DNA from: Vicugna vicugna
Lineage: Eukaryota
Length of the DNA stretch: 64,000 bases
Direction: 5' to 3'
Assembly (NCBI GenBank): GCA_013265495.1
Contig: MU058844.1
Span: 6,013,260-6,077,259 of the forward strand
Made by a program: the position numbers and the translations under genes. Positions 56,904-64,000 of this stretch are shown piece after piece (position 1 is the first letter of the stretch; every line of letters starts with the position of its first letter). A model generated the notes under the pieces. That model saw nothing but the letters and a program-made list of their open reading frames with translations, made no database searches and was not told the DNA's origin.

Positions 56904-57120
56904 TAGTGGTTCTCAACTGGGAGCAATTTTGTCCTTTAGGAGACATTTGGCAATGTCAGGAAATATTTTCAATTGTCACAACTGGAGTAAGGGGATTTGT
57001 TACTAGCATCTACCAAGGATGCTGATTAACATCTTGCAAGGTACAGGAAAGTCCCCTCCCTCCACCAACAAAGGATTATCTAGTCCAAAATGGCAATAAT
57101 GCTATGGTTGAGAAGCCCTG
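56904..57120. mobile_element. MER20 hAT-Charlie element with visible 8-bp TSD
   Basis: tagtggttctcaactggg...ggttgagaagccctg; flanks atttaaat (56896-56903) and atttagat (57121-57128), 7/8 identical. Confidence 0.9.
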
Positions 57121-57878
57121 ATTTAGATATGATTTAAGTAATACTGTGTCCAAAGAAAAGAAGCAAATGTTTATATTTTAAATTCTAGGTAATTTTTTTT
57201 TCAGAGAGTGGCATTCTCTACACCTGAATATTATCTGACTTTGAAAAAGATTACTCTCTGCATAGTTAAATGGCCATTAAGAAATTTCCCACTGGAAAAG
57301 TGCTGGCCTCAGCTATGATTACCTTGTGCAGATGTTACTCTCTTCACGAATACATCTGCATTCAGTTAGAGAGATTTACTCATTTACCTCGTAATCTTGC
57401 CTATGGCATTACTTTATACTTATGTTTCCATAGTGATATACAGACTTTAAAAGGAAATTGGTTTTACATCCTAGGGATAACAAAGCAACAGTTTGGAGTT
57501 AAATAGATTTGAATGGCCGAGTTCTTGCCAAACATTCTTCTAAAAATTATTCTACCTGAAAATTACCTTAATTATTTGACTGGGAGGAAATAATATAATG
57601 TAAGATAAATGAAAATCACATGTACTAACCTTTCTGTGCCATGTGCATAAAGAATCAGAATCAGAATCACAGTATTAATTTACCATGTCATAAATACTAT
57701 TTCCCTGACTTTGGGCAAAAACTCATAATAATATGGAGAAATGTGTGTATGTATTCTTAAAAAAAACAAAAGCTGAGACCAAAACAAAAATTTACTTTAA
57801 ATCGACGGTCTTCTTGTGAAACCTTGAATGTAAAAAATTTCCAGGTGTCTGGATTCTAAAGGAATTGGAGGGGAGCAG

Positions 57879-59000
57879 CCAAGATGGCGGAGCAGAAGGA
57901 CGCTCGGAGCTCACCCTCTCCCACAGATACACCAAGAGCAACATCCACGGACACACCCGTTGACTCAGAATGCCTGCCAAACTTTGACAGAACATCACCT
58001 TCTTCAAAAGACAAAATTCGTCACAAATCTGGTAGGAAAAAAAAAAAAAGGAAAAGGAAATTAGTGCAGGACGGGTCCCGCGGGGAGGGAGCGGCAAAGG
58101 AGGACTAGCGCTTGTTGGCTGGGGCTCCCCTCTCCAACGGAGAGGCCAGTGGGACGGAGGGGGAGCCTCCGAGGCTGGGATCTGTGCAGAACAGCCCTTG
58201 GCCGACAGAACTAAGTTAAACGGGCACAAAGGGTCCCTGCGACCCTCAGACCGAGACACAAACCCGCAGGGCTGTGACTAGACAGGCTGCCCGAGCCGGG
58301 CGGAGGACTGGCGCCGGCTGCAGAGGCCACCTGGGGGGACTGCAGTGCGCCGTGGCTGGGAGGGTACACAGAGCAGAGCCACCTGGGTCCCCCATAAAAT
58401 AAAATAAAATAAAATAGAAAAGAAAGCAACACCGCTGGTGCGCACTGAGGGGAGGGGTGCCGTGGGCTTTGTCTCCACAGACCCGCCGCACCGCGCCGGG
58501 CGCGCTCTCGGGAGGAGAGAGGCGGGGTCGGCCGCAGCCGCCATAGGCCCTGGTGCGCGGCTCCTGGGTGGAGGCGGGGTGCAAACCTGAATGCACACTT
58601 AGGGGCGCTGCAACCTCATAGAGGGGACTGAGATTTGTTTACAGCCCCAGGCAGGGGGGACGTTCTGCTCCATGGGCGCCTTTGTGGGCCCATGCCTCTA
58701 AGACAGACGTTCTGAGGTACAGTGGGGGTGAGGGCTGGTGCGGCCACTTTCCGTGAGCCCGTCTACTTTGCGCGGGCGCGGCGCTGGGGGCGGCGCTGAC
58801 CGGTGGCGCCACCCACGGCCCTCTGGAAAGAGCGAGCAGAGTTTGCGCAGTGGGGCGAGTGCAGGAGCTGTATTTGGCGTTGGAAATGGCGCTGACCCGG
58901 TGGCAAGACCCACGGGCCTCTGGAACGAGTGAGCAGAGTTTGCATAGAAGGGCAAGTGCAGGAGCGGCATTTGGCACTGGGAATGGTGCTGTTCCAACGG
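57879..59000 (+). promoter_or_regulatory. L1 internal promoter / CpG island with 5' YY1 motif (ccaagatggcgg, 57879-57890)
   Basis: A YY1 consensus ~10 nt from the element start, as is typical of mammalian L1s. This is the only CpG-dense region in the window. Confidence 0.75.
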
Positions 59001-59296
59001 TGTGCCACAATACAGGTGTGCGACCCAGAAATCGTCTTTATGGCACTGGTAGCCCTGAGGGCAGAGAACCTGGGGGACACCAGAGCAGTGCACTGACATT
59101 CCCACAGCTAAAGTAGAACAAGAGCAGAGTCAACAAAGAGTACTTAAAGTGCTCCAACCCCTCCTATTATGCACTGCAGCTAAGAAATGGGTCTGGACGC
59201 CTCCATTCCAACAAAAGGGGACCAGAAAGGCCCCTGTCAGGGCTGTGAAAACCACAGAACAAAAAGAGGCCCCACTCAACAGCCAGGGCAGGCTCT

Positions 59297-61115
59297 ATTA
59301 CAGAAATAGAACATACCATAAGAGAATACTATAAACAACTATATGGAAACCAACTGGAAAATCTAGAAGAAATGGACAAGTTTCTGGAAACATACAGTAC
59401 ACCAAGACTTAACCAAGAAGAAAAAGACTGCTTGAACAAACTAGAAATGAAATAGAATTAGCAATAAAAACCTCCTTGCAAAGAAAAGTCCGGGACCAGA
59501 TGGCTTCACTGGGGAGTTCTACCAAACATACAAAGAATTCATACCGGTCCTTCTCAAACTCTTCCAAAAGGAAGAAAAGGAGGGTGTACTCCCAGACTCA
59601 TTCTATGAAGCCATCATCACCGTGATTCCCAAACCAGAGAAAGACACTACCAAAAAAGAAAATTACAGACCCAATATCACTGATGAACGTAGATGCAAAA
59701 ATCCTCAACAAAATATTAGCAAACAGAATCCAACAGCACAAAAAAAAGATCATACACCATGATCAAGTTGGATTCATCCCAGGGACCCAAGGATGTTTCA
59801 ACATATGCAAATCAATCAACATGATATACCACATCAACAAGAGAAAGGACAAAAGTCATATGATCATCTCAATGGAGAAAAAGCATTTGATAAAATTCAA
59901 CACCCACTTATGATAAAATCTCTCACCAAAGTGGGTATAAAGGGACCACATCTCAACTTAATAAAAGCTATTTATGACAAACCTACAGCCAGCATAGTAC
60001 TCAACAGTGAAAAACTGAAAGTCTTCCCACTAAAATCTGGAACAAGACAAGAATGCCCCCTTCACTACTTCTATTCAACATAGTGTTGACCTATGGTCAA
60101 TTAATCCTCAACACAGGAGGCAAGAATATACAATGGAGAAAAGATAAGTCTCTTCAGCATGTGGTGTTGGGAAAACTGGATAGCAGCATGTAAATCAATT
60201 AAGTTAGAACACTCCCTCACACCATACACAAAAATAAACTCAAAATGGCTTAAAGATTTATATGTAAGACAAGACATAATAAACCTCCTAGAAGAAAACA
60301 TAGGCAAAACTTATCTGACATAAATCTTAGCAATGTTCCCCTACAGCAGTCTACCCAGGCAATAGAAGTAAGAGCAAAAATAAACAAAGGAACCTGATTA
60401 AACTTACAAGCTTTTGCGCAGCAAAGGAAACCATAAGCAAAACAAAACAACAACCTATGGAATGGGAGAAAATATTTGCAAATGATGTAATGGACAAGGG
60501 CTTAATTTCCAGAATATATAAACAGCTCATATAACTTAATAAAACAACCCAATCCAAAAATGGACAGAAGACCTAAACAAGCAATTCTCCAATGAAGACA
60601 TACAAATGGCCAATAGGCACAGGAAAAATGCTCAATATCACTAATTATTAGAGAAATGCAAATCAAAACTACAATGAGGTGTCACCTCCCACCAGTCAGA
60701 ATAGCCATCATCAAAAGTCCATAAATGATAAATACTGGAGAGAGTGTGGAAAAAAGGGAACCCTTCTACACTGCTGGTGGGAATGTAGTTTGGTGCAGCC
60801 ATTATGGAAAACAGTATGGAGATTCCTCCAAAGACTAGAAATAGACCTACCATATGACCCAGCAGTCCCACTTCTGGGTGTATATCTGGAGGGAACTCTA
60901 ATTTGATAAGATACATGCACACCAATGTTCATAGCAGCACTGTATACAATAGCGAAGACATGGAAGCAACCTAAAAGTCCATCAACAGGTGATTGGATAA
61001 AGAAGTTTTGATATATTTATACAATGGAATACTACTCAGCCATAAAAAAGGATAAAATAACGCCATTTGCAGCAACATGGGTGGACTTAGATATCATTCT
61101 AAGTGCAGTAAGCCA
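59297..61115 (+). pseudogene. Frameshifted L1 ORF2 remnants (pre-RT and N-terminal RT part 59297-60088; C-terminal part 60089-~61115)
   Basis: ORF-track fragments 59683-59913, 59793-60083 and 60679-60906 are L1 ORF2 peptides broken by frameshifts and stops. Confidence 0.9.
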
Positions 61116-61976
61116 GAAAGAAAGAAAAACACCATATGATATCACTCACATGTGGAATTGAAAAAAAGACACTATGAACTCATCTACAAAATGGAAATGG
61201 ACTCACAGACATAGTAAACAATCTTATGGTTGGTTGCCGGGGAAGGGGGTGAGAAGGGCTAAATTTGGGAGTTTGAGATTTACAAATGTTAGCTACTATA
61301 TATAAAATAAGTTTTTTTCTATATAGCACAGAGAACTATGTTCAATATCTTGTAATAACCTTTAATGAAAAAATATGAAAATGAATATATCTATGTATAT
61401 ATATGACTGGGACATTGTGCTGTACATCAGCAGTTGACACATTGTAATTGAGTGTACTCCAATAAAAAAATTTAAAAAATAAAGGAATTGGACACCATGA
61501 CTCACAGGAGCAGTGGACGGCAGGAAAAGAGGGAGTCAGAGAAGCAAAACCAGAAGTGGAGTCATGGTGCCCTTTATTCCTTTCCTAGCAATAGTGAATG
61601 GTGCACTCCCGCAGCACTAGCTCACCATATGACAAAGTGACAGTCAAGCAAAAAGGTATCAGAAACAATGAATTTCAAAAAACTTGTGATAAAATACAAG
61701 CTACTTGGATTCTTTCAGGAAGAGAAGGACGTTTTGATGATGGGTAACTTGGAGCCCCAGTAATGATGTTGTCAATTTTTAACTGCATTGTGATTTACCT
61801 TCAAGTCCAGCAGAGAAGTAAAGTGACCTGGAAGATACTTGTATGCGTTTATAAAACTATTATCAGATAAAACAAAAATGCCAGTGACTTAAGTTGTCAT
61901 TTGAATTGTGATATTTGGACCTTAGAAATAATAAACTAATATTTCACCTATTTGCCTAGTTGAGCTTTTATCATTA

Positions 61977-62183
61977 CACTTGGCCCTTGAGCAACATGGG
62001 TTTGAACTGCATAGACCCACTTTTACAGGGATTTTTTTCAGTAAATATGTCGAACAGTACAACATGATCTATGGTTGGTTGAATCCCCAGATGTGGAGGG
62101 CCGACTATAAAGTTACACACCAATTTTCAGCTGCAAAGGGTTGTTCAGCACTCCTAACCCCCATACTGTTCAAAGGTCAACTG
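61977..62183. mobile_element. Tigger2-type MITE
   Basis: TIRs cacttggcccttgagca / tgttcaaaggtcaactg with TA flanks (61975-61976, 62184-62185). Confidence 0.85.
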
Positions 62184-62240
62184 TATTTAGTATGATTTTA
62201 CCTAATACTCATAATACAGATAATTGAAAAACATGACCCT

Positions 62241-62615
62241 TTTTATAAGTGGAATTGTGCCCCTCCCAAATTCGTCTGTTGAAGTCTTAACTCCCAGTAC
62301 CTCAGAACATGCCTGTATTTATGGATAGTGTCTTAAAGAGGCAATTAAGTTAAAAAGAGGTCATTAAGGTGTGGTCTAATCCAATATGACCAGTGACCTC
62401 ATAAGAAGAGGAAATTTGGACACAGAAACATACAGAGGGACAATGAAGATACAGGTAGAAAGCAACTATCAACAAGCCAAGGAGAAAGAATTCAGAATAA
62501 ACAATTGCCATCACCTTGATCTCTGACTTGTAGCCTCCAGAATTGTGAAAAAATTAATTTCTGTTGTTAAGCCACCCCGTCTATGGTACGTTTTTGTGAC
62601 AGCCCAATCACACAA
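62241..62615 (+). mobile_element. MLT1A/B-like MaLR solo LTR
   Basis: gaattgtgcccctcccaaattcgtctgttgaagtcttaactcccagtacctcagaa...tagcctccagaattgtga...tttctgttgttaagccaccc. Confidence 0.85.
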
Positions 62616-63567
62616 TGTTCAAACAAGCTTTCCAAATGGTGACTTCTTAAAGGAATCTCCTAAAATTTCAATTTACATAGTGTATTTATTCTTAATAACT
62701 TAAAACCTTTCAATTAATTGTTATTTCTGATTTCAGAGGCCCAGTTTAGAGTTTTACATTAAGGTATAATTTACATACAGTAAATTTTTCTTTTCCAGTG
62801 TACGGTTTTGTGAGTTGTGACTGGGTCAAGTCCAGAAACTGGGCAAGGGATTATAGCTGTTTGTTGGGATGGTTGCCTTCTGCCTTTCGAGCACCCATGA
62901 TGATTTCTTTTAGTTTATGAATTAAGCTCCACATGTGTTGGACTCCTGTGCATCTTTCTCCTGGGACTACTGCATTCTGCTACCTACCTGTGTACTCTCT
63001 GTAGGTCAGACACCTTGGATCTACTACTTGCCAATAATAATAATTGCATCCACTTTGCTTCTGATAGATAAAAGCTGACTTATTATTTTAGGTTCCTATC
63101 ATCTTCATTGCTGTCAGGGAGCCTTTTATTACCGATAGTCCTGGCCACCAGAGGAGAACCCACCGCAAGGATAAAGGCAGTCCTAGTACCAGTGCATTTC
63201 TTACTGCTTTAGTTAGAGGAGTCTCCTGCCAGTTTTCTTACATGACAAAGGTGGCTCCTGTGTGTTCTGGGGCCTCTTACTATGCTCACTTTTATGAGCT
63301 TTTTTATTCTGTTTTCCACTATCTGCCATAATAATTCTGGTAAGCAGACTTCACTTAATGTGAACCATTGATTTTTCACTTATTCTAAGAGTCTTAAGAG
63401 GTATTGCAACAGCCAAGGACAATCCCTTCTACAGGCATCTCATCCCAGTTTGTCATCAGTAAAATTTTAGCAGTTACACCACTGTAGCATGCTAGGAGCA
63501 GTCACTGCCATCAGTGATGGAATCTTTATTTCCAGCTGGTGTTCCATCTACAAAATCCTAATTTTGT

Positions 63568-63996
63568 GCCTGCCTTTAGAACATTCCCAGGAATCAGATT
63601 CTAAGACGGATATTTGTGTGCAGGAAGTGTTTTGAGGAGTTCTCCCAGGAACATACTGTAAGGGGAGGAGGGGAGTAGGATCAGGCAGAAAAAGAAGCTG
63701 AAACACAAGGTAGTCGCATCAGAGACCCTGCTTAATACCATGAGGAACTCTGAAGCTGTGGTGACCCTTTGAACTGAGGAAAGGGTGCCAAGCCATTTTA
63801 TCCAGCTTCAATTAGTTATTGGATGTAGATTAGTTCCAAGAAGGGGCTAAGCTTGAGCAAGACAGCTCCTTTGATTGAGGGTAGGTCCTGAAGAGGGTCT
63901 CAGCTTTTGAGCTACCTGTAGTGAACACTTCTGTCTGTTGGGGTATCAGTGCCTCTGAACTGAACAATGATATGGGCAGCTCATCACAACATCCAT
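63568..63996 (-). mobile_element. ERVL LTR (LTR16-like)
   Basis: ttcccaggaatcagattctaagacgga...gtgcaggaagtg...gagtaggatcaggcagaaaaagaagctgaa resembles antisense LTR16. Confidence 0.6.
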
Positions 63997-64000
63997 TTGC

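Larger units (their letters stand above)
57870..61479 (+). mobile_element. Internally deleted L1 retaining both ends (5' UTR, two ORF2 remnants, 3' UTR, A tail)
   Basis: Starts ggggagcagccaagatggcgg. GC-rich 5' UTR runs to ~59296. ORF2 remnants include [17 protein letters not shown]...HDQVGFIPG and [22 protein letters not shown] at 61461. Perfect TSD taaaggaattgga at 57857-57869 and 61480-61492. Confidence 0.93.

Noticed and set aside
1500..57790. The many 60-140 aa ORFs across the intergenic region
   Set aside because: Compositionally biased, often starting at TTG or GTG, overlapping repeats and with no recognisable domains. Small spliced or non-coding exons cannot be excluded without transcript data.
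58780..58991. Direct repeats as a CRISPR-like array
   Set aside because: Mammalian DNA, contiguous ~96-bp units without unique spacers, inside an L1 UTR.
57792..59334. Cluster of overlapping ORFs (up to 155 aa) on both strands, including MAEQKDARSS from 57884
   Set aside because: They lie in or overlap the GC-rich L1 5' UTR where stops are rare. The ATG at 57884 is part of the YY1 motif. None resembles L1 ORF1 or any protein I recognise.

Overview
AT-rich mammalian genomic DNA, most likely a camelid (alpaca, vicuna or camel), judged from a tRNA-Ala-derived SINE of the camelid vic-1 type at ~51.5 kb. The only supportable protein-coding sequence is the large terminal coding exon of RASSF9 (+ strand, 237-1497, spliced at TTTCAG/A), followed by a long AT-rich 3' UTR. 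The remaining ~60 kb looks like gene desert filled with transposon relics (L1, L2, MIR, ERV1/ERVL/MaLR LTRs, Tigger2-type and hAT MITEs) and microsatellites; the other short ORFs in the track are chance ORFs or L1 remnants. I see no new multi-gene system. The most unusual object is a 3.6 kb L1 at 57870-61479. It keeps both termini, a CpG-rich promoter and a perfect 13-bp target-site duplication, but lacks ORF1, the endonuclease and the RT catalytic core through two large internal deletions, making it a candidate non-autonomous L1 derivative. Other points of note are an L1 3' transduction, a twin-primed inverted L1, an intact solo ERV1 LTR, a hairpin or inverted E-box pair in the RASSF9 3' UTR, and repeat-free motif-dense blocks that may be enhancers. 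Repeat family names come from remembered consensus sequences, not a database search, and boundaries of old repeats are approximate.
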